Assembly: GCA_965637545.1 (NCBI GenBank)
Contig: OZ281496.1
Span: forward strand, 13,082,001 to 13,146,000
From: Phallusia mammillata
Lineage: Eukaryota
Reading direction: 5' to 3'
DNA: 64,000 nucleotides
The notes below the pieces were generated by a model. The model was not told where the DNA came from and did not search any database. It saw only the letters and a list, made by a program, of their open reading frames with translations. How positions within the stretch are numbered: the first letter of the stretch is position 1; every line of letters begins with the position of its first letter. Made by a program: the position numbers and the translations under genes. Positions 11,445 to 25,071 of this stretch are shown here, piece by piece.

Positions 11445-12250
11445 CAGCGGTTCCCAAACTTTTTTGATTTTTTTTCGAAACGGTCCCCTTTCAATTTTTT
11501 TGACCGCTCACGGTCCCCCCCCCCAAAAAAAAGGGGACGTCAAACAACGAAAGTACTCCGGTTTCCGCATCAATTTATTGCCAACATATTGTACATTTTA
11601 ATGAGATGGGTGAACCTGTTTGGCTTTCACTAGATCATCGATTTTAGGTTCAGTTTTGGAAAGGGCAACTCTCATATCATGCGTCACATCCAATTTGTTT
11701 CGGCATTTTGTTTTGATGGCAAGTAGTGCAGAGAAAGCTGTCTCGCATTCGTAGGTAGTCGCAAATGGAACAAGTACTTTAAGTGCCATCTTTGCTAGAT
11801 CTGGATAAGAATTTGCCATTTGAATCCAAAATTCATTACAACCCATTTCACGAAAACTACGTTTTGCACTACTATCGTTCACCAGGTCAGTGTGTGTGTG
11901 TTTTTTGTCCTTCGCAAATAAATATGCTACTTCATACGATGCCTTTTAAAAAAATTCCAAGATTGTGAGGTGGTTTATCATGGTTTTCTTTGACTTAACA
12001 ATTCTTTTTCTCATCGGCAAAAAAGCCTTTGGCTTGGCAATTAAATTCGGATGTTTCGCTGTAATATGGCGTTTTTTTTTCAATTTCCCTCTATAAAGCC
12101 TCTCATTGGCAAGAACCTGGGAGCAAATAACGCATTGAAGACGCAACTCAGCATTTATAAAAATACACGTAAAACCAACGTTTATAAATTTTTCACTGTA
12201 CTTTTGCTTGCGCTGGTTTTCCATTTTTTTGCTTGGGCTGGTTTGAGATC
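11445..12250 (-). mobile_element. Internally deleted Buster/ZBED5-type hAT element
   Basis: TIR CAGCGGTTCCCAAAC after GTCTAGCG; C-terminal dimerisation peptide YPDLAKMALKVLVPFATTYECETAFS (11598-11882) next to N-terminal QCVICSQVLANE peptide (11946-12224); other end not found. Confidence 0.82.
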
Positions 12251-12512
12251 AGAGTCGTTTATCGGGCGCCCATCCCCTCTGCTGAAAGATACAAAGGTTT
12301 GCTGGAAGATACAAAACCCTGCTAAATTTGAAAGTTAATCAAGAACGCCTTAACAAATATAACAGTAGCCTACATTTTTAAATGATAACATACAAATATC
12401 ACTATTTGTCCTGTTAAGCAACTCAACACAGCTGCTACTAACCTCGCATTGCAAAATGGTAACAGAAAAGCATGACTGCTTGCACAGGTGCGCTTAACTT
12501 ATTGCATTGTAA

Positions 12513-13213
12513 AGGCCAGTTTACACTGTGCTTAGCGGCGCCTAACCTAACCTTACCTTGCGACCCCTTCCGTTTACACTGCGATTATCGGTGCGTACCT
12601 AAGCTTACTATATAATATACAAGACGTATTTTTCAGCTCACAGCAAATGTCGATGACCATAAATTACCACATAAATTTATTGTTACCTATTTTAGATCGA
12701 AAAAGCTTTGTATCAATCTAAATTAAATCATATTTTGTTAGTAAACATGATTTTGCATCTTGGTAATCATACAGGACTGTTCTGGATGTTGTTGTATAGA
12801 TTGGTGACATTTTATCTCACTTTCATGTTTCTATAACATGTAGTCCGCTGTGCTAGGGTAAATGTACATTTTAAATGCAATTAATTACAGTATTTAAACA
12901 CAATAAAACATAACATGCAATAATAACCATGTAATAAATACTTAAATTGAAGGCAAATAGTGTGTCATCATTTATTTTTGGCAATTGAACCAGCTTTTTC
13001 AAAACAGAAACCCGTACACAGCGATAACACAAACCGTTTGCGCAGGTACAAGCAGCTTGATACGCAGAAAAACGCTCGGCAGGCGATCGCTCGCTCATTT
13101 CTACGAGACTTGAGCGCCCGAAATCAGTCAAGCGCGAAACCAGACAGAAAAAATGAAACAAACAAACTTACGCAGGTTTGAGCGAGCGCGATACGCATAG
13201 TGTAAACGGGCCT
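12513..13213. mobile_element. PIF/Harbinger MITE
   Basis: TIR AGGCC(A/C)GTTTACACT; TAA target duplication at 12510-12512 and 13214-13216. Confidence 0.88.
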
Positions 13214-13369
13214 TAACACAGACTGTATGTAGCAGTTACGTAGTCACGTGTAACAATACAATAATAATTAAGAGGTTTAAAAAAGCTGTTCATTAATACT
13301 GTAGATATAGTCATGAGAAATTTAAAATATTTTACGACCCAGAGTGGGAGGTTTCGCCATGCTCTAGTG

Positions 13370-13667
13370 CAGTGGTTCCCAACCTTTTTTTGTCGCGACC
13401 CAAATACTTACCAAAATTTTGTTTTGTGGCATCTCGCGACCCATGGATATACTATTTGGGTTGTATTTTTGTTTGTAAATCAGGAAAGTTTTTCGAAAAT
13501 TACTACGCTAGTTTGTAAAATAAATAACATCAAACAAAAAATATTCGTTTTTAGTCATGAAATTGTTATTAGGAAACAATTCATAGCCTTGGGAAACAAC
13601 AAAATAACGCTACGAAACGTAGATGCTCTAATTTTCACAAAAGCTTGGCGTAGGTTGGGAAACACTG
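13370..13667. mobile_element. hAT MITE
   Basis: CAGTGGTTCCCAACC / GGTTGGGAAACACTG; TSD CTCTAGTG on both sides. Confidence 0.92.
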
Positions 13668-13689
13668 CTCTAGTGAACTAGAAGCGTTA

Positions 13690-14020
13690 CGCCACGATTT
13701 CTTAAAGTCTGTCGTTGCCACTATTAAGCTGTGCGGAAAACAAGGCTTACCGTTAGTTGGGCAGCGGGGTAACGGTCGTTTAAATTCGCATGATGGCAAT
13801 TTCAATTTCTTTGGCGCTTCTTAGGTTCCGCAGAGACGATTCTGCAGTAGAGCAATATTAATGCAACGTACACCAGCAAAACGGTTCACACTCAACTGAT
13901 TGAACTATGTGGCAACTATATACGAGCTACTTTAGGTAGCGATATAAATTAAACCTTTCATTTTTTTCCACCTTGCTGACGAAACTACAGATGTCGCAGA
14001 TAATGAGAAGTTATCAGTCA
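13690..14020 (+). pseudogene. Degenerate hAT transposase fragment (DUF4371/ZMYM1-like)
   Basis: Manual translation gives IKLCGKQGLPL, DGNF..ALLRFR and LADETTDVADNEKLS in broken frames. Confidence 0.65.
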
Positions 14021-14023
14021 CTA

Positions 14024-14890
14024 ACCCTGTTTACATGCGTCGTCTGCAAACGGATCGGATTAAGCCTTAAGCCGGCTTGAGATTTGATCCATTCCAGCGA
14101 CCTATTTACATGCGCGTATCGTACAAGTTTTAATCCGTTTGTGTAAACATAGTTATAACACCTCTTGTTTTGGTTACAAAGGATACTTACAAAGTAACTA
14201 ACAATTATCGCCTGTTTTATTGTGTGAAAAGGATCACTGCTTCATTTAGAGCTTTTGTAGAAGTGAGAAATCAAGCTGTTAGTTTCCTATAAGCAGTTAG
14301 GGTAACTGATTGACATTTTTTCTTGTCAGTTGGTTTATTGTTAACTGTTGGGTTCCAAAGCTGATGGAACAAACCATGCTTAAGTATTATATTTTGTTTA
14401 GATAACAATAAAAATGAACTATCAGGAAATACTTGGAGTTGTCCTGGTCATAAAATATGTTTTGGACTGTTACATTATGATGGTTGAGTGGGACAGAGAG
14501 AGCAAACACAAAAAGTTTAAGTTACTATTTGGTGGACTGAAGTTCTTGCAGAGCAAAGTTGACAAGCGAAGTGGCAGAATTTGGATGTATCCAAGGTAGT
14601 AAACTGTAACTAGCCAACCTGTGTTATGAAGCTTTTTTAGAATTATAAAATGTTACAGGACAGGAAACTACTGGGAAGGTGATGTTTCACAGTACAACAA
14701 TGCACAATGGATCCAAAACTTTAGGATGACAAAAGAAAACTTCATGGAGTTGTTGGCTATAATTCATGATGACATAAAACCAGGTTAGGACCAAATATAT
14801 ATATGGCAATACATTTGAAACATCTTTATCATTACAGTGCTAACTAAGTAATCATTTATTGCAGAGGACATAACAGTCCGTGAGCCGTTA
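14024..14890 (+). mobile_element. Left part of a Harbinger transposon (TIR plus transposase exons 1-3 start)
   Basis: ACCCTGTTTACATG TIR-like end; exons 14414-14595 (..RIWMYPR), 14659-14783 (..WIQNFRMTKENF..) and 14865 onward, with the same intron phases as the Harbinger at 60002-61591. Confidence 0.8.
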
Positions 14891-16348
14891 GCGGCTGAAC
14901 TACGGCTAGAGTTAGACAAGGCTAACTTTGTCACCGTTACAATCGATGCTTCGAACAGAAAAGACATCAAACTTGTTCCAGTTGTGGTTCGTTACTTTGT
15001 GCCCGACTTGGGCGTAAAAGTAAAGCTGTTGGAGTTTAAATCACTTGGTGGTGAAACTTCAGAAATACTTAGCAACTACTTAGTGTCTATTCTTGACCAA
15101 AATGTGCTAAAAGAAAAACTTGTTGGATTCTGTGCGGACAACTGCAATACTAACTTTGGCGGTGTAAAAAGAAAAGGGAAAAATAACGTTTTCTTCAAAG
15201 TAAGGGAAAGCCTGAAAAGAAAAATAATAGGCATTGGATATGCTGCTCACATTGTTCACAACTGCCTCCAACACGCAGTGGATACATTGCCTGTGTGTGT
15301 GGAAAGTCTTGTAGTAAAAATCTACGAATACTTCCACATTTACACTGTTCGCGTTACCGAACTGAAAAATTTTTGCGACTTTGTCGAAATTGAATATCAG
15401 CAAATCTTGCAACATGGTAACACCAGATTTTTGTCTTTGTTACCAGCTTTGCAAAGAATACTTGATATGTTTGAAGCTCTAAAAATTTACTTTAACTCCC
15501 AGGAAGGCTGTCCAACACTAATCAGAAGATGTTTTGAAGAACCATCGCAAGAGCTTTATTTGAAATTTGTCCAAGGCTTACTGAAGTACTTTAACGAAAT
15601 TATTTTGAAGTTGGAAAAAGAAAATGCCAGTGCTGTAGATATGGCAAACGTTCTGTCGGAACTAAAATTAAACTTACGTGAAAGGAAGGAGATCAGCTTC
15701 ATTCCGTACCAAGCACTGTGTCTTTTAGAAAAGCTGGAAAACGCTGGGGAAGTGGATGGAAAAATATTCCGTAAAAAAACAACTGAATTTTATCAAAAAT
15801 GCCTATCATATCTGGATCTTTACGAGGATGCTTATAAAGATGTGTTACCTCATCTTTGGATTGATCTAAAAGCAGATGAAATATCATGGCCTAGTGTTCT
15901 TTCATCGGCAGAGCACATTAACACCCTGTTTGGAATTCAGGTAATCAACAGCGACTCCCTTTTCGACGAGCATGTGCTAATCAAACGGTATCTGTCTCAA
16001 CATGATAAAAACGAAAGCTGGAAAAAGGAATGTTGTGAAAAAAAGTGGGTCGAGATGTTTGCCTTCCTTTCAGAAAAAAATGTACTCACTCCAAACTTTC
16101 GAAAGGTGATGGAATTTGTATTTTGCTTACCAGGGACTTCGGCACTGGTGGAGAGAATTTTTTCCATTATGAAAAATATGTGGTCTGACAATAAAAGCAG
16201 AATGTTGGAGCAGAATGTAAAAGTCCTTCTGACATGCAAACTTAACACTAATACGTCATGCTGCGATTTTTATGACAAAGTTAAATCGAACAACGAGTTC
16301 TTAAAAAAAGTACGAGGTACAGATAAATACGACTGGTCCAAAATGTAA
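14414..16348 (+). CDS. Predicted spliced chimeric Harbinger-N-terminus / hAT-transposase-core protein (596 aa)
   Basis: Exons 14414-14595, 14659-14783, 14865-16348 with GT-AG introns of 63 and 81 nt give 1791 nt without internal stops; hAT motifs IDASNR, ADNCNTN, HGNTRFLSL, ALVERIFS. Confidence 0.6.
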
Positions 16349-16906
16349 ATTGATTGCGTGTTTGCTTTTTGTGTTGAGTAATTCGGATATCGTTGTTCGT
16401 TTAAGTTAGGTGGTAGAGTAGTGGTTGAAACGCAATAGATTTTAGCTTAATATTCCTCAAATTATGGGAATGCTAAAGAATGAATAAAATGTAATTTATT
16501 TGCTGTGTGATTGTAGCGTTTCGTTTGTGTCTGTAAGGTTTACTCCTTGTTTTTGTGTACGTGGTATTTTTTGGACAGTATCCACCCCAGCCTTCCGCCT
16601 GTCAGTAAGTTTCATTTTCAGGATAAAAATCTTATCGTCTGTTTTTGATGTAAAAAATACCGCATGTTTATGTCGTTAAAAATGTCTGTGTTTTCTGCTG
16701 CGTTCGCAAATACACAGCCAGATTTTGTTGATTATGATCAGGTCAACCACCTTCAGGCAGATCGTACAGAAGAGGTCGCGACGGCGTTGTCTTATATCAG
16801 TAATATCACCTACTATGCTAACCTTTGTTCCCCCAACACAGAAGAAACGGGAAAAAAATTGTTTGGAAGTGTCCCGGTTTAAAGTAAAAAACATATGGCA
16901 AGCCTA
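14890..16906 (+). mobile_element. 5'-truncated hAT element (Blackjack-like) with right TIR
   Basis: 454-aa ORF 14984-16348 with hAT catalytic and dimerisation motifs; right end ATATGGCAAGCCTA (reverse complement TAGGCTTGCCATAT) with subterminal GTCCCG; no BED finger or left TIR. Confidence 0.82.
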
Positions 16907-16969
16907 AGCAGACACGACATTGCAGTTTTAAACAATTAACAAAAGCCTGCACTGAGCACTGTAAAACAA

Positions 16970-17280
16970 AACTCGCCCTACCATCCCCAATCATCAGCTC
17001 TTTGGATGGTTAGCACCAAGTGAACAGCAAAAACTTGCTAGGTGTGTATGTGATGAAAAGAGTTGGAAAATCATTCCAGACTACCCAGTTTGGTTAGAAT
17101 ACTGTGTATTATGGTTCTTAACCTTTTGTTGGGAGGAGGAACTTCGGGTACTACCACACTTGTGTCAGAGCAATATGTAGATGTGTCAGAGCAATATGTT
17201 TTTCCTGATGTAGACCTAGAGAGTGGTTTAAGAAGTAAGTGTAAAGCAAACACAAGTACATACCATGCAATGGTGATTTA
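16970..17280 (+). pseudogene. Possible Gypsy integrase remnant
   Basis: TCGCCCTACCATCCCCAATCA translates SPYHPQS (integrase PYHPQSNG-like); the rest is degenerate. Confidence 0.35.
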
Positions 17281-18243
17281 GTTATGACATAGGCGTATTA
17301 CCTGCGACCAAACAACTTCTACCAACAGTTACCGACATCACAAACATAGCTTAAACATTGTATTCCACCTACTCGGGAAAATTTTAAAACGACTGTTATA
17401 AGTTATTCCTGTCAAATACGCATTGTTTTACAAAATTAGCAATGTATATAACTGTATTCGGCGACTTACCGCAAGGAAAACAAGTAAGGAGAATTTTTTT
17501 AGAGAAGTTTAAGCCGTTAAATTTATTTTTAAACTCTACAGTTGCTTAAATTGAAGAACAATATGTGTTTTTCCCTATACCCGCTGCACTAATTTGGACA
17601 CAAAATGGCGGTCATGTGGGTCTGTCGCGTGACAATGAGATGGACAACTTGTGTCTACCACCTTCAGCAGAGAACAAAGCAGTTTTTTAAAAGTCCCAAA
17701 ATAGCTAAAAACATACTAATAAATTGTTCATTTAGTTGTCACAAACACTTTCCGAGTTTCGAAACTTAATTACAACTGTAAAAGTGTAACGTTTTTCGCC
17801 GTGGGATAAAAAGTCAGTTAAGCCTCAAGGACTGTTAAGGGGGCTTAATGGCATTGAATTGAAATGTCAGAGAGGTTTAATAACATTGCTGGTCCAGGAG
17901 AGTTATTAGAAGATGTAAGACAAGCATTAAAATGCAGGTGCTACTAGCAAATACCAGTAGTGGTATCCAGATGTAACCAGATCTACTGATAATATGAAGG
18001 CTGAAGGTTCCGCTAATACCGACAAAATGATGATCAGGGAGTTTAATCGTGCTGAACTTACGAAGGCCATAGGTAAAAACATCAGGTTTTGAAAAACAAT
18101 CAATCACAAAATTTTAAATGACAAGAAAAGACTGAACAACTTGCAAATTGTGATTGGCTGATGGATTGTAGACCAAAAAAATTTAATTTTCACATTTGTA
18201 TTTTGATCAATTTATTATATTATGTTTTTTTTTTACTGTAAAC

Positions 18244-18601
18244 CAGTTGTTCCCAACCAGGGCCCATGACCCCCCAGGGGGGCCACGAGCTGTGTTCCGG
18301 GGGGCCACGGGTGTTGATTCACCAGAAACACCCACTAAATTCCATTTCCTTTTTAACTTTATTCCCTAATTTAATTGACTATTTCACATACTATTTGTCT
18401 ATATTGAATTTTTTATGATTACGAATTCTTGTTTATTCTATTCGACCTGTTTAAAGTCGACATTAGTACCGAATTCCAACATGAGGTTGCCATTTACATT
18501 TTTAAGGTGGCCACAGGTCATACGGGGTTGCTTGAAGGGGGCCACGAGGTCCAAAAGTTACTTTTAGGGGGCCACGGTCAACGAAAGGTTGGGAACCATT
18601 G
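18244..18601. mobile_element. hAT MITE (same family as 38440-38742)
   Basis: CAGTTGTTCCCAACC / GGTTGGGAACCATTG; TSD CTGTAAAC. Confidence 0.9.
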
Positions 18602-19143
18602 CTGTAAACTGACTGGCCGAACATCAACCAAATATTGCAGATACTGTACATGCATTTTTAGGGCCACTCATTAAACTATTATTTTGTATGCGTTTACTAC
18701 CAGTATTTTAGAGTCACAAACGGCTGAATTTGTTGCAGGAGAAAGGATATGGATGAATTGTGATGTTTTTTTATATTTGTTTGGGGCATTTTATAAAATA
18801 TGTTCATCCATCAATTGATAAAAAGGTTCTTCTAATTTAATTCTGGATGGACATAAAAGCCATACACAAAACATGTCTCAAGTTGTGGTGTTATTATGTT
18901 GTCCCTGCCTCCAAACATCAGTCACCATTAGAGACATACTATCACCAGCAGATCACAATGTGGATGCGAGCACATCCAGGAAGGTCTCTGACAGTGTTTG
19001 AAATAAGTCAAATGTTTGGGTTAGCTTAAGGTAAAGCAGCTGTGTTAGCACTACTGTGAATGGATTTAGAAAATCTGGAGTCTTCCTTGTGGACAGTTCT
19101 GTTTTTGATATTTGAGGTCACTGATCGACCAAACCTAATAGAG

Positions 19144-20453
19144 CAGTGGTTCTCAAACTATTTTGACCGCGACCCAAATCTGAGTCTTATGAACATCTCA
19201 CGACCCAAGCCTCAAACATCAAAAATGTGACAAGACGGACTTTAATATTGAGGCCACGTCGTCGCCGCATATGAGTCTGGCCATGTCAAAATGGCTGCAG
19301 GCTTAACGAGCTCGATTCGGCAACACCACATAACACAACGCACATTGTGACTTTGCAGCACCATGATCATTGATCAAAGTGAATCCCAAATCCAAAAATG
19401 TTTCCTTGTACGAATACTTACTAATCTTTAAACCAGTGGTTCTTAACCGGTGGGTAATTACCCACTAGTGGGTAATTTGAGGATTTCAAGTGGGTAATTT
19501 GAAGTTGGGTTTGTTGTTCCATGTGTACTCCACTGGTTCTTAACCGCTGGGAAATTTCCCACCAGTGGGAAATTACTGAATATCCATGCAGTGGGAAATT
19601 CTTTCTGGTCTGGAAGTGGGAAATTGTTTTAAGTTTTACTCGAATATCCAAGGAAGTAAATCTGATTAGTTAGTCACAAAAGTAATTTTTTTTAACAAAC
19701 ACCGAGTCCTAGTGCACTGTTTTACAATTTGTAACGATTTGCCTCGATTTCTACTGATGGCGCAATCCTCGTTGCATTGTTACGTCACAGACACCTGTCA
19801 CCGCTCAACGATTGGCCACGAGGTGCGAGGAGTTTAGTTTCTGATTTCTGAAAGCTGATTTTAGTTAATTATGGTTAAATTGAAGTTAGATTTAGGTGAG
19901 GATTAGGTTACTTGTACTCGATATAAGCTAGCAACGTTATGGTAAATAACTTTTAGCAGTTATCTGGTAGATTCTACATTTCTAGGAGTTATCTAGATTT
20001 CTAGAAAGATTCTCTATTTGTGCTTTGGGATATGTCACACAGGTCACTAGGATTCATTTTGATTTTTCAGTCAGTTTTAAAAGTATGTGGGGAATATAGG
20101 TTTATTAAGTAGCGGAAGTGGGTAATGAAAGAAAAAGGTTAAGAACCCCTGCTTTAAACTATTACATCTCCACTTTCATTTTCGCATGATTAACTTGTCC
20201 TATTATTTCCCGTGCTATGATGTTACAATTGCCATGTGGGCAGCAGTAAAATTGAAAGGCTATTGTCGTCTGTATGGGGTAATGATTGGTTCATTTTACT
20301 GTACAACGTGGTCGAGTGGGGTGACTTAACTACTACATTAAGTAAATTTGTTTGTGTTTACTTAATGCAGTGATAATTCGTTTGGGCATATTTGAATCAC
20401 CATAGCGCGACCCATTTTTTGACCGTGCGCGACCCATACTTTGAGAACCACTG
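19144..20453. mobile_element. hAT MITE (family of 36525-37145) with nested MITE
   Basis: CAGTGGTTCTCAAACT / TTTGAGAACCACTG; TSD TAATAGAG. Confidence 0.92.
19434..20151. mobile_element. Nested hAT MITE
   Basis: CAGTGGTTCTTAACC / GGTTAAGAACCCCTG; TSD CTTTAAAC; internal GTGGGTAAT/GTGGGAAAT repeats. Confidence 0.92.
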
Positions 20454-21129
20454 TAATAGAGGATTCCAATTTATGCGTTGCTTCAAAAACTGCCAATTTG
20501 TTATTTCCGTCTACCACTGAATGAAGCTTCTTCAGGTTTGGCCGATTCTTTTTTCGTAAGTGTGTCATCTACTACAAAACCACAAAATACACGGTAAATG
20601 ACATGAGTCCTCTTTCAAAAATAACTTACGGAGATGGGAAGAGAACAAGAAAAGCAACAATAGCTACAGTTTTGACAAGTTCACCTCATTAACGAAGTGT
20701 TGCAGGCAATAACATTTTAGAAACACCGAAAATACAGAAAAATAAGGAAAAACAATTCTGCCTAAAAGACATATTAACTCAAAAGCAGATCAAAAGAACC
20801 AACATGCTTGCTTTGTATGTGGTGTAAGTACCAATGATGATTGGATCCATTGTGAACAATGTACTTAAGAGTGTGCATATATAGAAGACCAACAATACTA
20901 TTACAGTGACAACTATGTATCACATAAGATAAAAAGCAATTAATTTTTGCTCCGATAAAAACAAAAATAGTGTAATTTTGTTTACCTAATATGTGCATTT
21001 TACTAATCTGTAATCAAAAATGAATGTCAGAATGCTGAATGCTGGCTTCACTGTCCGTTGAAATTTCGCAGACTAAGAGATCAATGCTCTATTTTTGCAA
21101 TAACGGTGAACAGCCAAATGAATCTTTTC

Positions 21130-21760
21130 TAACTATGACCGTATGTTCAAAATTCGAAAACTGGTTGATTTGATCATACCTGTTTCATTTTGTTTCATTT
21201 GTATTGCAACCACGAACAAGAACTTTCTTTGAACAAAACCACAGAAATAGAGCTAAAGGCATGTCGTGGCTGAAGCAAAAACAGGCTATGTATTGAATTG
21301 GAGTCTGTATGCAGGAAACAACGTTATAAGGGAACTCTGTGCACCATCACCACGTACACATGAACAGCTACTATTACAATCCGTATTTGGCCAAAGAGTT
21401 GAGTCAGAAACATGCCGGACTGTGTGGAACGGTAAATTACAACTGAAAGGGAATGCTAGAAAATTCTAAACAACCCAAGATTTCGCTCAAAAAGGGACAA
21501 AGATCCAGTATACATGGAAGGGGACTCTGTGATGGTTTGTGCTTGGCCTGACTCGAAGCGCCTTACTTTGCTGTCGAACATTCATGGGGCACTAACAAAG
21601 TCAGATGAAATGCTTAAAAGCCAGATTGTGTTATGTGGCGAATAACGAGACAAAATGGACCAAACATTACAAACTTACTTTTTCCATGCTGATCAATAAA
21701 ATGGTATTTGGAGCATGGTCACTACTCAACGCTCATACAGTTTACTGCAGTGGCATTATT
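21130..21760 (+). pseudogene. piggyBac (PGBD4-like) transposase remnant
   Basis: YDRMFKIRKLVDLII (21134-21178), AEAKTGYVLNWSLYAG, VCAWPDSKRLTLLSNIHG, LNAHTVY in broken frames. Confidence 0.75.
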
Positions 21761-22250
21761 TTCCAAAATCAGCCGGATTTTTTTAGGACTGTGCAGCTAC
21801 AATGTTATCAAGAGATTTACAGGAAGACCACCAGGAGAAAGATCTGGGGAGAAACTACAAAGACTGACCGACCCCTAGGAATTTTGCCATAAACTGGGAA
21901 GGGTGGCTTGCCCAAACTGTGGTATGCCTTCTTCAGTTTATATCACAAAACAAAGCATTTTAATATCTACAGATTTGTTAATTTCTATTTTTGGCTACAT
22001 ATGTATCTTTCTCTGTGTATTCCTGCCATTTGTTTTTAGGTAGCTGTTTTTTAAAACTTTTTTGTTCTCATTAGTGCAATTTAAATTCGCATTTAGTTCA
22101 TGGCAATGAAAAATATCACGGTTTTGTGCAAGTGTTGAATAAATGTTTATTTTGACAACAAAACTAAATGAGTCAGCATATATAGCAACTGAGCGAAATA
22201 TAAAAAACATACTTTGTGACGTCATCATTTCAATGAGGTAATTTACTCAA

Positions 22251-22994
22251 TCAAGTCAGCTTTACGTGTGTCAACATGTGTTTTTTTAAAGTTTCACTTC
22301 GGTTAAATCTTTTCCCACAAACGTCACATCGATAAGGTATTTCATTGGTGTGTATCATCGTGTGCCTTTTCAAATGTCCATTTTGACTAAATGTTTTATT
22401 ACAAACATAACATCGATGATGTGTCTCTTTGTGAATCAACATGTGTGTTTTCAAAACTCCACTTCGGCTAAATCGTTTTTCACAAACATCACATTGATAT
22501 GGTTTCTCTTCAGTGTGAATTAAATTGTGTGTTTTTAAATCTCCGCCCCGTTTAAATCTTTTTTCACAAACATCACATCGATGCGGTTTCTTGTCGGAGT
22601 GTGTCAACATGTGTGTTTTCAAATCTCCTGACTGGGTAAATTCTTTTTTACAAACATCACATCGATGGGGTTTTTCTTTAGTGTGTGTCAACATATGTAT
22701 TTTTAAAACTCCACCATGGACAAATCTTTTCTCACAAACATCACATCGGTGAGGTTTTTCGTTTGTGTGTGTGATCGGTGTGTTTTCAAATTTCCACCTG
22801 GGCTAAATTTTTTCTCACAAATATTCCATCAGTGTCAATTTGTTTTATAGAGAAGGTTGTTCCCGAGTCCAAACCCTCGTTTTTTACATCCCTTCAACTT
22901 GGTTAATTAACTTGTGTAACTAATATTGTGATCTAAAAACAAGATTTCGTTATTTTCACCGTTATTTCGGTTGTTTTGTCGTTGACCTATTTAA
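22251..22994 (-). CDS. C2H2 zinc-finger exon (6 intact fingers; upstream part frameshifted, possibly pseudogene)
   Basis: ORF 22251-22694 plus an in-frame upstream finger; acceptor GTTTTAAATAG near 22995; frameshift near 22770-22800. Confidence 0.8.
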
Positions 22995-24439
22995 AACAAA
23001 GGAACAGTACTTTTTATATTGTATGTATTCAGTTGATGCTACTGAAACTGAGTTAATTGGGTCAAATGTCACCACATTACCGTGCTTTTCCCTATTTGCC
23101 TAAGATCAAATACCAAGCAATAAAAAATATGTTCGATGCCATTTGTTGTAAATCTCTCGCAGTCTACTTTGCTAAAACAGCTTGACCCACTCCAATACCC
23201 ACAGTTACAGCAGTATTATATATTCAACTAATAACAGGGTCAGAAACACACTGTACTTTCTCAAACTACACATGTAGAAAGTTACTGACTTTGATCGGTG
23301 TGGATTATTTACCAAATCGTCACCTCTACCATCCATTCACAGTTTGTGTCGCTTATCACCTGCGTTCAACCAAGTTTCATTAGAAAATGGCATATCACAA
23401 TTAACCTAAAATAAAGAATGCTTGTCATGTCGTTGAGATCCAAACATAAAGCTTGTGTGATATTTAAAACAATTCGTTTATGGGTACGTGTGGGAAATTC
23501 AAAACTGTGCAAACAGTCACGACGTCTTAAGTTTTGGTGTTAGCATAACTTCATTTTTAAGTGTAGTTAAGTTGCATGCTTAAAAGGAAACTTTCTCCAA
23601 TCTGACTCAACATAACAAATCACTGGTAAAATATTGAGAACCTCTGTGTTGTTAATAAACAAACAAAAATGTCCTAAGGTAACGACATACGCACCACAAC
23701 GTTACCTCGCTACTTACAAATCCCTCAACTGAGCTACCATGATCATTTGGTGTGTGTACATAAAATTGAGATATTAACCTGTAGCGCATCTGCGACCTTA
23801 GAATTTTGTACGTTCTGATAATAATGAAAGCGCAATTAGAAAGAGGACACAGTTGGTCACGACTTGTACTGTTTAGTGTGCATGAGAAAAAATAAAGAAT
23901 ATATACTTCCTAAAACAAATAGAAACAAACGTTGCCTAATTCTTACCCTTGTGCGCATTGATGCGTGTTGCATTATCAAAGCGAGGGTATGGGTAGTTGT
24001 CGTCACGGTTAGGTAGACATGAGCAATGTGAGAAAAAAGAAACTTTAGCTTTTGGCTTACTTAGTCTGGTAGTTTTCACGCCTGAGGCATTTCATTATGT
24101 TATTATGTTTGTGCAAGCTTGGACTAAAAATTGTACGAACAATCATTGACCTGATTAAGTTGTAACCTGCTACATTGTATAGCACATTATTTAATCTTTA
24201 TTACGTTTTTTAAAGGAGGCAACCCATGGTTACGTAAAACAGTGAAAGTAAATTTGTAAATTATCATTTATTTACAATGTTTTTCCTATTGCAAGACCGT
24301 CAAGATATGATATATGCAAAGGCTAATTGCTTGGTTCAAATCAAACTACTTCGTTACGCTACTTGAAGATTAAAATACGCTAACATGACCATGTCAGTAC
24401 ATTTTTGACACAAAGCTAAAAGGTTTGCATTATCTAACA

Positions 24440-25071
24440 CAGTGGTTCTTAACCTTTTTATAACGGCCGAACCCCTACGATATTCTTCAGCCTTTGGTCG
24501 AACCCCAAAGTTACATCCTAGGTTTTTAACCCATTTTGTTTGGTGGGTCATGATTAGTTTTTGTTCAAACGTGGTGGCAACAGTTACTGTTTGTCATTTT
24601 GTTAAAATCTGACATAATACAAGCAACTTGTTTCATGATTGCTTTAATTTCGGCAAGGCCCAAAATCCCCAGATTAATTTCTAGCTTGGTGCACAGCGAG
24701 GAGATCAGTCTTGAGTGTTTATGATGTCATAATCTAGATTGTGATGCTTGTGGTACCTGTCTTGTTCGCATTGTTGGCGTACAGTAGGCGTACAAAAAGT
24801 CTGACACATATGGTTATTACTTATTGGGCTGATAATACTCTTTTTAGTGCCACAAAAACTGTTTAGAGCAGTCCAAAACACCCCTGCCTAAGTTCAACCA
24901 TCCAGTGTTTTGATATTTGGCAAATACAAATTGCTGTTTTTAACGACTATAGACCCTAAAGTTTGACATAAACGAGTATTTGTATTGTACTTCAAAAAGA
25001 CCTTCGTCGAACCCCTGATTCGGCGTTGCCGAACCCCTGGGGTTCGATCGAACACCGGTTAAGAACCACTG
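24440..25071. mobile_element. hAT MITE
   Basis: CAGTGGTTCTTAACC / GGTTAAGAACCACTG; TSD ATCTAACA. Confidence 0.92.

Larger units (their letters stand above)
18720..20930 (+). pseudogene. pogo/Tigger-like DDE_1 transposase remnant with C-terminal PHD-like motif, split by a hAT MITE
   Basis: WMNCDVF (~18750), ILDGHKSH (18840-18863), NGFRKSGVF (~19060); CFVCGVSTNDDWIHCEQC (~20805-20865). Confidence 0.7.

Noticed and set aside
12250-13360. Second terminus of the 11445 hAT element
   Set aside because: No matching TIR followed by GTCTAGCG found; treated as lost.
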